A stretch of 63,751 bases of DNA, the filler included. It is 5 parts of 5 records of this genome, joined end to end, with 100 filler letters (N's around TTAATTAATTAA, not from the genome) between each part and the next. Parts side by side here need not be neighbours in the genome. Positions count along the whole stretch, not along the records: positions 42,405 to 54,519 come from DRR723986_5770; positions 54,620 to 63,751 come from DRR723986_5774; 3 more parts are not named here. The stretch is one strand, 5' to 3'. Under the pieces are notes generated by a model, which had not been told where the DNA came from, ran no database searches, and was given only the letters and a program-made list of their open reading frames with translations. Positions 51,034 through 61,752 of this stretch are shown piece by piece; within the stretch, counting starts at the first letter, position 1, and every line of letters starts with the position of its first letter. The translations under genes were made by a program, and so were the position numbers.

Positions 51034-52062
51034 TTACTCGAACACAGACGGCAGATCGCGCGGCGTGGCGTCCAGCCATGCGGGCACTGGCAGGCCCTTT
51101 TCGCGCAGGAAGCCGGGGTTGAACATCTTGGATTGATAGCGCGTGCCGTAGTCGCACAGGATCGTCACGATGGTATGCCCCGGCCCCATTTCCCGCGCCA
51201 TGCGTACCGCGCCCGCCATGTTGATGGCTGACGATCCACCGACGCAAAGCCCCTCTTCGGCCAGCAGGTCATAGGCCATCGGCAAGGCTTCCGCGTCCGA
51301 GATCTTGTAGCTCATATCCGGGCGGAAGCCCTTTAGGTTCGCCGTCTCACGCCCCTGCCCGATGCCTTCGGTGATCGAGCCGCCTTCGGATTTGAACTCA
51401 CCCGTCGTATAGAAATTATGAACGCCCGAGCCGTCCGGGTCCGCAAGGCCGATCTTCACGCCCTTGGGTTGCAGCGCCATACCGACACCCGCGATGGTTC
51501 CGCCCGAGCCCACGGCACAGATGAAACCATCGACCTTGCCGTCGGTCTGATCCCAGATCTCTGGCCCTGTCGTCTCGATATGCGCCTGGCGGTTTGCCAC
51601 GTTGTCGAACTGGTTGGCCCAGATCGCGCCGTTGGGTTCGGTCTTGGCCAAGGCTGTGGCCAGCCGTTCGGAATACCGCACGTAGTTGTTGGGGTTCTTG
51701 TAGGGCGCTGCTGGCACCTGCACCAGTTCTGCGCCCGCCAGACGGATCATGTCCTTCTTTTCCTGGCTCTGCGTCTCGGGGATGACGATGACCGTCTTGA
51801 ACCCCATGGAGGCCCCAACCAGCGACAGCCCGATCCCGGTGTTCCCGGCCGTGCCTTCGACAATCGTGCCCCCGGGCTTCAGGTCACCGCGCGCGATGGC
51901 GTCACGAATGATGAACAACGCCGCGCGGTCCTTGACGGATTGGCCGGGGTTCATGAACTCGGCCTTGCCGAGGATCTCGCAGCCGGTGGCATCGCTCAGC
52001 CGGTTCAGCCGGATCAGGGGCGTGTTGCCCACGGATGCTGCGAGATCTTTGTTGATGGTCAT
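51034..52062 (-). CDS. cysK: Cysteine synthase A
   Basis: GNTPLIRL, NPGQSVKDR (PLP lysine), GTAGNTG. Confidence 0.93.
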   Translation of the reverse strand: MTINKDLAASVGNTPLIRLNRLSDATGCEILGKAEFMNPGQSVKDRAALFIIRDAIARGDLKPGGTIVEGTAGNTGIGLSLVGASMGFKTVIVIPETQSQEKKDMIRLAGAELVQVPAAPYKNPNNYVRYSERLATALAKTEPNGAIWANQFDNVANRQAHIETTGPEIWDQTDGKVDGFICAVGSGGTIAGVGMALQPKGVKIGLADPDGSGVHNFYTTGEFKSEGGSITEGIGQGRETANLKGFRPDMSYKISDAEALPMAYDLLAEEGLCVGGSSAINMAGAVRMAREMGPGHTIVTILCDYGTRYQSKMFNPGFLREKGLPVPAWLDATPRDLPSVFE

Positions 52063-52177
52063 GTCCGGTCACTCCGCCGATATCTTGTGACCGCCCCGAA
52101 AGCGGTCCTTGTTGTTCAGAAGGGATAGGCGCGCACAGCGCCAAACTCAAGCAGGTAGCCGTGCGAATGGCATGTGC

Positions 52178-53293
52178 CTATGCGCGCAGCCGGTCACGGT
52201 TCAGCATCAGCCACTGGACCGAAAGAACCATCGGCGCATTCACCAGTTCCCCCGACTCCAGCATTTCCACCAGATGATCATAGGTCACAAGCAGGTTGCG
52301 GATATTCTCGCCCTCGGTATCGAGTCCGCCAACCAGCCTGCGGTCGTCCGACAGCGAGGCAATGCCGACATAAGACACGAGATATTGTGCGATCCCGCCC
52401 GGAGACGGGTAGTAGCCTGCCACCTTGTGAAGCGCCGTCAGCTCGATATGGGCCTCTTCACGGGTTTCCCGATAGGCGGTGTCTTCATAGCTTTCCCCGG
52501 CATCGACAATCCCCGCCACCGGTTCCAGCAGCCATGGCTGCGGATCGCCCTGCGCATAGGCCCCGATCCGCAATTGTTCGACGAGCATCACCATGTCGCG
52601 CACGGGATCATAGGGTAGCACAGTCACCGCATCGCCGACGTTGAAGATCGCCCGTGCCCCGGTATCGGACCACTGACCGTCAAAACGGCGGAACCGGGTC
52701 TGATATTCTTCGACGGTAAAGAATTTCTCATAGGGGCGTTCGAGCGAGGAAAGGGCGACATCCTCGCGCGTCAGAGGGCTGGACAGGGTCACCGGCCGCC
52801 GCCGGTTCTGTGCCAGCACATAAGACTGCGCGCGGGCGCGGATGATCGGGAAACGCGCCGCAACCTGTGCCGCAGTTTCCCGGCCAAAGGCCCGCATGAC
52901 CTCGCCCGCTGCAATAAGTGTCAACGGCCCCCACTGATCGACCCAATCCTGAAGCTGCCAATCCGCGCCGGGGTGCCATGGGGCATCCTTGGGCATGAAG
53001 ACACGGGCCGCAATCGGGCCATCTCCCCCTTGCACCGTGATCTCGACCAGATCGTAGGAAAAGGCCCCTTCGTAGAAGTTCAGCCGGTCAATGTCCTGAT
53101 CTGTCAGCCCCTGCGCCAGCACACCCTCGGCTTCGGCGTCCGCGTCCTCTGCCAACATGGGGAAGCTTTCCCCAAGTGCCCAGGTCACGCGGTAGCCGGG
53201 CAAGCGTGCAGGTTGGGGCGTCATGGACCGGCCAAGGACGACATCCAGCAACGGCTGATACCGCAGCGTGCCAAAGAAAAACAAAGATGTCAT
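52178..53293 (-). CDS. trgB: TrgB-like protein: gamma-glutamylcyclotransferase-like domain plus NUDIX (ADP-ribose pyrophosphatase)
   Basis: FFFGTL N-terminus; AGIVDAGE...RETREEA Nudix box; trgA-trgB-cysK order. Confidence 0.82.
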   Translation of the reverse strand: MTSLFFFGTLRYQPLLDVVLGRSMTPQPARLPGYRVTWALGESFPMLAEDADAEAEGVLAQGLTDQDIDRLNFYEGAFSYDLVEITVQGGDGPIAARVFMPKDAPWHPGADWQLQDWVDQWGPLTLIAAGEVMRAFGRETAAQVAARFPIIRARAQSYVLAQNRRRPVTLSSPLTREDVALSSLERPYEKFFTVEEYQTRFRRFDGQWSDTGARAIFNVGDAVTVLPYDPVRDMVMLVEQLRIGAYAQGDPQPWLLEPVAGIVDAGESYEDTAYRETREEAHIELTALHKVAGYYPSPGGIAQYLVSYVGIASLSDDRRLVGGLDTEGENIRNLLVTYDHLVEMLESGELVNAPMVLSVQWLMLNRDRLRA

Positions 53294-53302
53294 CGGGTCA
53301 GG

Positions 53303-53746
53303 TCAGCTCCAGCGGCGGTTCACGAACTCGGCCACGATCCCCGCAACCGCGCCTCCCCCGAACAAGATGATAAGCGTGGGCACCGCCGTCAAGACGGACA
53401 GCCCATATTCCATCAACAGATTCAGCGCCGCAATCACCGCTTCGCCCGGCCCGTCATAGCGCAGCCGGGTCGAGCGGTAGAACATTTCGTATATGCCGAA
53501 GATGGCGACGGCCCAGAACGCAATCATGAACGAGGTGCGCACGCCGGTCGTGATTGCCATGGACATCCCCTCGCCGACATTGCGCCCCATGGTCATCCAG
53601 CCCTGTCCGATGCCAAGCACGATGACGATCGGGATCAGCCAGAACCGCGGCTGCCCCGGCGGCAGGGTTTGCGCATAGGCGTCCGCCGCGAAAAATCCGA
53701 TGATGGCGAACAGTATGGCGGACACGAGCTTGGCAGTGGTTGGCAT
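53303..53746 (-). CDS. trgA: TrgA-family membrane protein
   Basis: MPTTAKLVSA start, 4 TM, RYDGPGEA; upstream of trgB. Confidence 0.82.
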   Translation of the reverse strand: MPTTAKLVSAILFAIIGFFAADAYAQTLPPGQPRFWLIPIVIVLGIGQGWMTMGRNVGEGMSMAITTGVRTSFMIAFWAVAIFGIYEMFYRSTRLRYDGPGEAVIAALNLLMEYGLSVLTAVPTLIILFGGGAVAGIVAEFVNRRWS

Positions 53747-53750
53747 GGGA

Positions 53751-54519
53751 TCACCCCGGTTTGGTCACGGAGATTTGCGTGACATCAGTATTGCCGCTGT
53801 GAAAGCTCGCTGCGCAAGAGGTCAGGTAGAAATTCCACATCCGGCGGAACCGGTCGTCAAAGCCTTGCGCGGCCACATCATCCCATCTTTCGTTAAAAGT
53901 ATCATGCCAGCGGCGCAGAGTCTGGCTATAGCTTTCACCGAACTCGTGACTGCCAGCAAAGGTCAGCCCGGCGGCTTCCACCTGCTGGCGCAGCACGCTT
54001 GGGCAGGGCAACATACCGCCCGGGAATATGTATTTCTGAATGAAATCAACGCCACGCTTGTAGACCTCCCACCGGGCGTCCTGCACGGTGATGATCTGCA
54101 ATGCTGCCACCGCGCCGGGTTTCAGCCGGTCACGCACGGTGGAAAAGAAGATCGGCCAGTATTTCTCGCCCACGGCCTCGAACATCTCGATCGAAGCGAT
54201 GCCGTCAAACTGGCCTTCCGTCTCGCGATAATCCTGCATTCGGATTTCGACCCGGTCGGACAGCCCCTGCCGCGCCATTCGCGCAACGGCGTAGTCGTGC
54301 TGTTCCCGGGAAATGGTCAGCCCGGTGACCCGCGCGCCCCGTTCCTTGGCCGCATATTCCGCGAACCCGCCCCAGCCACAGCCTATCTCCAGCAGGTGAT
54401 CGCCCGGCTTCACCCCGATCTTGTCGGCAAGGGCCGCGTATTTCGCCCGTTGCGCGGCTTCCAATGACTCCTGTCCGGTCTCGAACAGGGCCGAGGAATA
54501 GGTCATCGTGTCATCGAGC
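53751..54519 (-). CDS. cfa: Cyclopropane-fatty-acyl-phospholipid synthase family, 3' part
   Basis: MTYSSA, LEIGCGWG, SIEMFEAVG, FIQKYIFPGG; cut by contig end. Confidence 0.9.
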
Positions 54520-54619
54520 NNNNNNNNNNNNNNNNNNNNNNNNNNNNNNNNNNNNNNNNNNNNTTAATTAATTAANNNNNNNNNNNNNNNNNNNNNNNNN
54601 NNNNNNNNNNNNNNNNNNN
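54520..54619. other. Artificial contig linker
   Basis: N44-TTAATTAATTAA-N44. Confidence 0.98.
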
Positions 54620-56183
54620 CAATCCGCACCACGTTCTGGTTGATCTCTTCCGCCACCTGGCTCTGCTGTTCAGCGGCGGTCGCAATCTGAGTCACCTGAT
54701 CGTGGATCTGGGTCACTGACGTCACGATGGTGTTCAGTGCACTGGTGGCATGATTGATGCGTTCAACCGTCGCCTCCGAGCTCTTGCGGGAGTTGTTCAT
54801 ACGTTCCACCGAAGCCTTGGACTCCGCCACAAAGCCATCAATCATTTCCCGGATCTGATCAGCCGATTCCGCTGACCGCTTGGCCAGCTGGCGCACTTCG
54901 TCGGCAACCACCGAGAAACCGCGACCGTGCTCGCCGGCCCGGGCTGCCTCAATGGCAGCGTTCAGGGCCAGCAGGTTGGTCTGCTCAGTAACCGCGTGAA
55001 TCACATCCAGCACCTGCTGAATATCGTTCGACTTCTCGGCCAGGGCATTGATGCTGCGAGCGGTGTCTTCCATTTCCTGGGACAGCTGATTGACCGCCCC
55101 CTGAGCGCTATTAATGGTCTCGCCACCCTCTTTGGCCATGCGGTCCGCATCGGAAGCTGCGCCTTCCACCTCATTGGCATTGCCGGAGATTTGCTGAATC
55201 GTTGCCGCCATTTCGTTGATGGCCGAAGCAATCTGGTCGGTTTCCGAACCCTGCTCCTGAACCGACTGGCGGGTTTCATTCGCCACCCGGCTGAGTTCTT
55301 CAGCCGCCGAAGCCACCTGGTCGGTGGTAGAGCCGACCTCACGGATGGTGTCCTGAATCTTGATGACAAAGTGGTTGAAGCGGCGGCCCAGAACGGCCAG
55401 CTCATCTTTACCATCTTCCGGCAGGCGCTGGCGAAGGTCGCCCTCACCGTCGGCAATCTCCCGCATCATGTCGCTGACCTTGTTCAGCGGCGCAGTCACG
55501 GTGCGGCCAATGACCAACCCGATTATCAGTGAAATCACCACCACCACAATAGTCAGCAGCAAAATGAAGCCCATAGCAGACGTCATGGTTGCATCAATTT
55601 CTTCCCGGGCAGCGGCCACCGCTCTCTGAACATCGGTTACATACACCCCGGACCCTATCATCCAGTCCCAGCCCGGAATAATGGTGGAATAGGAGACTTT
55701 CGGTTCCACCTGGCCGGTAGCAGGGTTGGGCCACTCATAAGGCATGAAACCATCGTCACCTGCAGCGTCAAATAAGCCTCGCACCAACTTCTGCGTGTTC
55801 GGATTGGTGGTCGGCCCTTCTTTGGAGGGGGCCGGTGCATAGGCGAGATTGAACAGGCTGCGATCATAGGCGAAGACATAGTTGTTCTGGCCAAACTTGA
55901 TTGACCGCAACCGCTCTCGCGCCTCTTCCTGCGCTTCCTGCTCCGTAAAACCTGGAGTGGACTTGGCCTCAAGCACCACGGATTTCGCGGTTTCAACCAG
56001 GTTTTTCAAACCTTCCTTGCGCGCTTCCAACAGTTCCTGCTCGAGGCGTTCCAACTCTGCCTCTCCATTGGCCCGGATCTGGTTCGCCGTAATCCATGCA
56101 ATTGTTCCAGCCGTAATCAGTACAGGCACCAACACTCCAATCAGAAGCCGTGTTCTGATGGTCAGGTTGCTCATGAAGGTCAT
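54620..56183 (-). CDS. Methyl-accepting chemotaxis protein (Cache-HAMP-MCP signal), 3' truncated
   Basis: Two [43 protein letters not shown]. Confidence 0.95.
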
Positions 56184-56415
56184 GGTCTTCGCTCCGGGGT
56201 CATTTCTTGTAATCCTTTGATTATGCACAAACGCAGCCCGCACTCCGTTGCAGTTTGTTAAAAGCTGTATACCAAACGCAGGTCCGGAACAGGTTTTTGT
56301 GTAAACAAGCCCGTCATATCAGGGTCATACGTCTAAATACTTATCGGCCGTCATGTAAACGACTTGAGGCTGTGTCAGACTAAGGTCTGAATATTCAGCT
56401 CATGAGCAAGCATGC

Positions 56416-57753
56416 ATGAAACGGCTTTTTCTTATCCGCCACGCCAAATCGAGCTGGAACGACGACAGCCTCGGCGATCAGGAACGCCCGCTGAATGACA
56501 GAGGCCAAAGCCAGCTTGCGCCGCTCGCGCGGGCACTGAGATGCCTGGGCGCGCTGTCTGGCGCCGTTTATGCCAGTCCCGCTGTGCGAGCCCAGCAAAC
56601 GCTGGCAGGCGCACTCAGCGTCGACGCCCAGCCGGCCCAAGTCGTCACCGAAAACGAGCTTTACACCTTCGACTTCCGGCGTCTATTACGCTGGCTGCAG
56701 AATCTGGATAACGATCAGAACTGCATTACCCTTATCGGTCACAACCCGGCATTACTCGAACTGGCCGCCTTTCTGGCGCCTCAGGCTCCGTTCGAATTGC
56801 CAACCGCCAGTATCCTTGAGATCCGGCTGCCGGTAAGGCACTGGAAGAAAGTGGACAAAAACAAGGGTGCACTGGAAACCTTCCTGACGCCTCGTGATTT
56901 CAGTTACAACGAATTCCGGCGCAAGAACCGAAAAGCCAGTCCCGGCGCCACTGATCTGGACCAGAACACACTCCCGGAGGTTTTGCAGCAGCTGAACAAT
57001 CAGTTGGAACTGCTGACCCCGGGGGTCATTCTGGGGCTGGATGACGAATTTCTGCACCAGTACCGCATTGCCCTTCGCCGCAGCCGGGCCATTGCCGAAC
57101 GCCTGGCCGAGATTACCGGCGATCGCCAACTACAGGAGCATATCCGAGAACTGAAGCGACATGCCCGTGCCACCAGCGCCCTGCGGGATCTGCACGTATT
57201 TCTTCAGGATATCCACGAGCTGTGCCACGACAACCCACAACTCTGCACCACGCTGACCGACTGGGCGCGGCTCAGGGCATCTAAAGCACAACGCAAACTG
57301 GCCAAACGCCTTGGCCAGAAACGCTACCAGCAAAGCCTGTCGCGCTGGCGAGACTATATTGAGTCAAAATCTTTTCATAAGCTGGCTGCAAACCTGCGGA
57401 AAAAAGACATCCAGGCCGCGACAAATCGGCGCATGAAGCAGTTCAACCGGAAAACCGCAGAACTGCTGCACACCGCTCCGGATGAAGCCCTGCACCAGCT
57501 GCGCAAGAGCCTCAAGCGTATCCGCTATCTTCTGGAACTGGATGCCCAGTACAGCAAGCCATTCCGGAAAGAACTGCGCCAGCGACAGGATCTGTACGGC
57601 CGTTTCCAGGATCTGCATGTCCAGATCGAGCTGACCCGGCGATTCCTCGCCGACCACCCGGAGTGCGACGGGGTGTCACTGACTGGCAAACTTGAGCAAG
57701 AGAAAGCCAATACCCGCAGGCAAATACTGGCTATGGGTGGACTGAACGTCTGA
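56416..57753 (+). CDS. SixA-like histidine phosphatase fused to CHAD domain
   Basis: LIRHAKS, SPAVRA, IGHNP; then LHQYRIALRRSR, LRDLHV, LHQLRKSLKRIRY. Confidence 0.87.
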   Translation: MKRLFLIRHAKSSWNDDSLGDQERPLNDRGQSQLAPLARALRCLGALSGAVYASPAVRAQQTLAGALSVDAQPAQVVTENELYTFDFRRLLRWLQNLDNDQNCITLIGHNPALLELAAFLAPQAPFELPTASILEIRLPVRHWKKVDKNKGALETFLTPRDFSYNEFRRKNRKASPGATDLDQNTLPEVLQQLNNQLELLTPGVILGLDDEFLHQYRIALRRSRAIAERLAEITGDRQLQEHIRELKRHARATSALRDLHVFLQDIHELCHDNPQLCTTLTDWARLRASKAQRKLAKRLGQKRYQQSLSRWRDYIESKSFHKLAANLRKKDIQAATNRRMKQFNRKTAELLHTAPDEALHQLRKSLKRIRYLLELDAQYSKPFRKELRQRQDLYGRFQDLHVQIELTRRFLADHPECDGVSLTGKLEQEKANTRRQILAMGGLNV

Positions 57754-58509
57754 GGCCTCAAGAAGGAGGTTCGGGCCGAGCTTGGCCACCCGGACCTGTT
57801 CCGGATTCAGGCCCAGGTCTTCCAGGGTCTCATGGATGTCGTCCAGTGCATCGTCTTTCGGTGCCGCCAGCAGCAGCTCCCGAACCGATTCCAGAACCAT
57901 CTTCACCGGCACCGTCATAAAGTAGACCGAAATCACCAGCATCATTACCGGGTCGGCATACACGGCCAGCTCCGCCCAATGACTGCGTTCCAGCAGCCAG
58001 GCCGCGCCAAAACCAATCATTACGGCAGCGCTTAGGGCACTGTCCATCAGCCACTGGCGCTGTTCCGCCTGCACCAGCCCCGAACCATTGCGCAGACTTG
58101 ACCACCGTAGATACGCCCAGACCGCCAGACACCCCACCACGTTCACCGCACCAAAGATCATTGCCATGTCCGCCGCCACGGCACGGCCGCCCTGAAGCAG
58201 CGACACCACCGCCGATACCAACGACAAGATACACACCACTGCAATCACCAGACCTTTCACAGCGATCACTAGCGGCTCCACGGCCCCCATCCCGAATGGG
58301 TAATCGTCATTGGCCGGCCGGCGAACCAGGCGGGCGGCATAGAGTGACAGGAGCGACAACCCGAGGCTGATCAGGGAATAGGCACCATCGAAGAGAATAA
58401 CCAGGGAATCGACCCAAAGACCCCAGGTAATACCGGCGAGCGCAAACAGGCCCGCGCCCACCACTGACAATGTCAGCGCCAGGTTTTCCCGCGCCAGAGA
58501 AGTAAACAT
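57676..58509 (-). CDS. Cation diffusion facilitator (CDF) transporter, C-terminus probably truncated
   Basis: SLVILFDGAYSL, YPFG, QWLMD, ADP; six TM. Confidence 0.82.
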   Translation of the reverse strand: MFTSLARENLALTLSVVGAGLFALAGITWGLWVDSLVILFDGAYSLISLGLSLLSLYAARLVRRPANDDYPFGMGAVEPLVIAVKGLVIAVVCILSLVSAVVSLLQGGRAVAADMAMIFGAVNVVGCLAVWAYLRWSSLRNGSGLVQAEQRQWLMDSALSAAVMIGFGAAWLLERSHWAELAVYADPVMMLVISVYFMTVPVKMVLESVRELLLAAPKDDALDDIHETLEDLGLNPEQVRVAKLGPNLLLEASDVQSTHSQYLPAGIGFLLLKFASQ

Positions 58510-58601
58510 TTTGACCTCCTGAGAATTGCTGCCATATTAGCGGCATCATTCAACAGGTGTGAGTCGCTGAGCGACGGAAAATCCGTCGCAAAGAGCAAGC
58601 C

Positions 58602-59483
58602 ATGAAAACGTCACAGATCAAGACCTTCCTCTCGGTTGTGCGCAACGGCAGCGTCGCCGCGGCGGCCCGGGAACTGAACCGCAGCCGCACCACCGTCAGT
58701 ACCGTGCTGGCGTCCCTGGAGGATGAACTGGGGGTGGAGCTGTTTGAACGCAGCGGCAATCAACTGCACCTGACGGCCATCGGCCAGTCCATCCTGACCG
58801 ACTGCCGGCGATTCGACCAGGTTGCCAGCCAGATCAGGGCTCGCTGCCAGCACCACCTGAGTGGTGCCGAATCGGTCCTGCGCATTGCACGGGACGATGC
58901 CATTCCGGAAGATATCTGGCGGGACATTCTGCGCCGGCTGAAACAACGCTTCCCCCAGACCAGCCTGTCGGTTTACCTTGCCTCGCCCCGGGAACTGGCG
59001 CCGCTGGTTCGCAACCAGTCCGTGGATGTGGCCTATGGCCTGATGCCGGAATTGCTGAACGAAGGTTATCAATGGTTTCGGGAACTGGCTGATGTGCGCA
59101 TGCTCACCGTGGCGGCGCCGGATCACCCCCTGAGTCAGCTGAAACGGGTCACTCAGGACGACCTGGTCAGCCACACGGAAATCACCCTGGCCTACATGCT
59201 CGACGCCCAACTGGTGGCCGAATCCCCGGAAACCGCCAACTACCTCGCCTTTACCCAATACGAACTGATGCGGGATGCGGTGATTGATGGCGCTGGCTGG
59301 GCGGATTTACCCTTACCCCTGATTGCTGAGGCATTGCGCAAGGAACAGCTGAAAACCATCCACCACCGCAGCGCCCGCTGGTGGAAAGTGTTCAGTGCGC
59401 TGGAGTCAGAGCAGGCGCAAGGAGGCGCCGTGGTGGGCTGGCTCGCCAACGAACTGGAAGCCTATCTGGAAACCCTAGCCTGA
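58602..59483 (+). CDS. LysR-family transcriptional regulator
   Basis: GSVAAAARELNRSRTTVS...LEDELGVELFER. Confidence 0.92.
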   Translation: MKTSQIKTFLSVVRNGSVAAAARELNRSRTTVSTVLASLEDELGVELFERSGNQLHLTAIGQSILTDCRRFDQVASQIRARCQHHLSGAESVLRIARDDAIPEDIWRDILRRLKQRFPQTSLSVYLASPRELAPLVRNQSVDVAYGLMPELLNEGYQWFRELADVRMLTVAAPDHPLSQLKRVTQDDLVSHTEITLAYMLDAQLVAESPETANYLAFTQYELMRDAVIDGAGWADLPLPLIAEALRKEQLKTIHHRSARWWKVFSALESEQAQGGAVVGWLANELEAYLETLA

Positions 59484-59719
59484 TCGGGAGACTGAGGTCC
59501 TTCCGGACTCTCCGGACGGACATCCGCAGGCGCATCGTCATCACATTTCCGGCAATCCAGCTTAACCCCCAACATGGATTGCCGGCCTTCCACCGTGACA
59601 ACCCAGGGCCGGTTCACCCAAGGCGGATCATGGCGCACGTGCTGGTTATGGCCACACGCCAGCTGCGCTACCCAATGGCTTTCCCCGTCTTTGTGATAGC
59701 CGCTGATGGGTTGTTTCAT
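59462..59719 (-). CDS. DUF3565-like small protein
   Basis: HWVAQLACGHNQHVRHDPPW...LDCRKCD; ATGA-coupled to rarD. Confidence 0.75.
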   Translation of the reverse strand: MKQPISGYHKDGESHWVAQLACGHNQHVRHDPPWVNRPWVVTVEGRQSMLGVKLDCRKCDDDAPADVRPESPEGPQSPDQARVSR

Positions 59720-60612
59720 GCCGAAGCCTCTCTGTTCGATCGGCCCACCCAGGCCGACCACGAGTATATTGCCAACGCCACCCAGATCATCACAAAGCTC
59801 ACCAGTTTGGCGGTGCTAAGCGGCTCATGGAAGATATACAGCGCGATCAGAAACTGGATCGTGGGGTTGATGTACATAAGAAAGCCCACGGTAGACAGCT
59901 TCAAACGGCGCGCAGCCCCGGCAAAAGCCAGCAGCGGGATGGCGGTCACCGCGCCACTGGAGGCCAGTAACAATGCGCTGTAGGTGCTGTCCGAAAAGTG
60001 CGACAGCCCCTGCGATGACAGCCAGGCCAGGGTCAGCAAGCCCAACGGCAGCAATAACAGCGTTTCAACAAACAGACCGGAAAGGCCATCAAGTTCGACT
60101 TTCTTGCGCATCAGGCCATAGGTGCCGAAGCTGAACGCCAGTACCAGCGTAATCCACGGCAGCTCGCCCAGCAGCAACAGCTGATAGAGAATCGCAATCG
60201 CCGCCAGACCCACCGCCGCGGCCTGCAGCCGGGAAATACGCTCACCCAGGATCAGCAGCCCCATGACCACATTTACCAACGGCGTCAGGAAATAGCCCAG
60301 ACTGGCCTGCAACACATGGCGGGTTTCCACGGCATAAATATAGATACCCCAGTTCAGGGCAATAAACACGGCACAACCCAGCACATACCCCAGCCGGCGC
60401 GGCTGTCGCAGTGCCGCCACCACCGGCGGCCAGCGCTTGAGTATCGAGATGACCACGGCCAGAAACAGGCAGGACCAGATCACCCGATGGATCAGCACCT
60501 CCCAGGAAGGGATCCCCTTGAACAGGGCAAAATACAGGGGAAAGCTTCCCCACAGGGTGTAGGCGCCTAACCCGTAGACCACGCCTTTGGTGGTGTCATT
60601 CAGCGATTTCAT
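59716..60612 (-). CDS. rarD: RarD (EamA-family) transporter
   Basis: AYTLWG, HRVIWS, ASLGYFLTPL, YGLMRK, YINPTIQF. Confidence 0.92.
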   Translation of the reverse strand: MKSLNDTTKGVVYGLGAYTLWGSFPLYFALFKGIPSWEVLIHRVIWSCLFLAVVISILKRWPPVVAALRQPRRLGYVLGCAVFIALNWGIYIYAVETRHVLQASLGYFLTPLVNVVMGLLILGERISRLQAAAVGLAAIAILYQLLLLGELPWITLVLAFSFGTYGLMRKKVELDGLSGLFVETLLLLPLGLLTLAWLSSQGLSHFSDSTYSALLLASSGAVTAIPLLAFAGAARRLKLSTVGFLMYINPTIQFLIALYIFHEPLSTAKLVSFVMIWVALAIYSWSAWVGRSNREASA

Positions 60613-60756
60613 AGCTTCCTCATTGTCAGGCCCGTCAATCTAGCACAAACCCGCTGGGCAAAGGCTCATGCCTTAGTCAAAGACAACCTATAGGTGACTC
60701 GCCCGTGGTAAATGCCGTAACCTGAAAAGACACACCCACGCTCAAAGGGAACTGCC

Positions 60757-61137
60757 ATGAAGACTGCCCACGACCTTGTTGCCGAAGCCAAAAAAGAGAT
60801 TCAGGAGGTGCCGCTGGCCAACGCCGAGGCGGCCATTAAAAATGCCGATTTGCTGCTGGATGTGCGGGACGCCGATGAATACCGCTCCAGCCATATTCCG
60901 GGCGCCGTGAATATTTCCCGGGGCATGCTCGAATTCAAGTTCACCAACGACCCCGCGCTGGAGAACCGGCAGATGAAAATTGTGCTCTACTGCAAAACCT
61001 CCGGCCGTGCAGCACTCAGCGCCAAAGCGCTGAAAGAGATGGGCTATATGAACGTACAATCCATTGAAGGCGGCTTTGACGCCTGGCTGGAAGCGGGTAA
61101 AGAGGTCGCTCAGCCGGATCTGCCGAAATTCGAATAG
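60757..61137 (+). CDS. Rhodanese-like protein
   Basis: LLDVRD, HIPGAVN, YCKTSGRA, IEGGFDAW. Confidence 0.9.
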   Translation: MKTAHDLVAEAKKEIQEVPLANAEAAIKNADLLLDVRDADEYRSSHIPGAVNISRGMLEFKFTNDPALENRQMKIVLYCKTSGRAALSAKALKEMGYMNVQSIEGGFDAWLEAGKEVAQPDLPKFE

Positions 61138-61142
61138 AACGT

Positions 61143-61595
61143 TTAAAGACAACAGGCCTTGAACTTGCGACCACTGCCACAGGGGCAGGGGTCGTTTCGA
61201 CCGGGCTTCAGCACTCCCTCGCGGGTTTCGCCCTCACGGTAGAACCAGCGGCCATTCTCTTTGCTGAAGTCTGATCGCTCTTCCAGATAACCCCAACCAC
61301 CACCGGCACGATAGACCGCCCGGAAGTGAACCCGGCCCGTGTCGACACCGGCACTGGAGGAGAGTATCTGCAGCGAAACCCATTCCGGTGAGCCGGAAAG
61401 ATCCAGTTCCGCCGGCCGGGTCTCCGGATGCCAGGTCTCGAGCAGATAATCGGCATCCTTCACCACAAAGGCACTGAACCGGGAACGCATCAACGTCTCC
61501 GGTGTGGTGGCAGACGCGCCTGCATGGCAGGGCTGACAACACAGCAGGTAGGCTTTCCCGCTACCGCAGGGGCAGTTTTCCCCGGACACCTTCAT
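61143..61595 (-). CDS. ychJ: YchJ-family SEC-C protein
   Basis: CPCGSG at both ends, LMRSRFSAF, GRNDPCPCGSGRKFKACC. Confidence 0.9.
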   Translation of the reverse strand: MKVSGENCPCGSGKAYLLCCQPCHAGASATTPETLMRSRFSAFVVKDADYLLETWHPETRPAELDLSGSPEWVSLQILSSSAGVDTGRVHFRAVYRAGGGWGYLEERSDFSKENGRWFYREGETREGVLKPGRNDPCPCGSGRKFKACCL

Positions 61596-61752
61596 CCCTT
61601 TCCAAACCCTCATGAAGCCAGAATTTCGTTGGCCCGGCTGTCCGGCCAACGTAGGTAATGTCCGCAAACCTTACACGCTTTTGCCGACAGCATCGTATGA
61701 CAAAAGCCATACTGGAAATTAAACTGAATAAAAAGCAGACAGCGCACACCCC

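Noticed and set aside
51034-53746. trgA-trgB-cysK and the GGCT-NUDIX fusion as a novelty
   Set aside because: Known conserved Rhodobacteraceae arrangement
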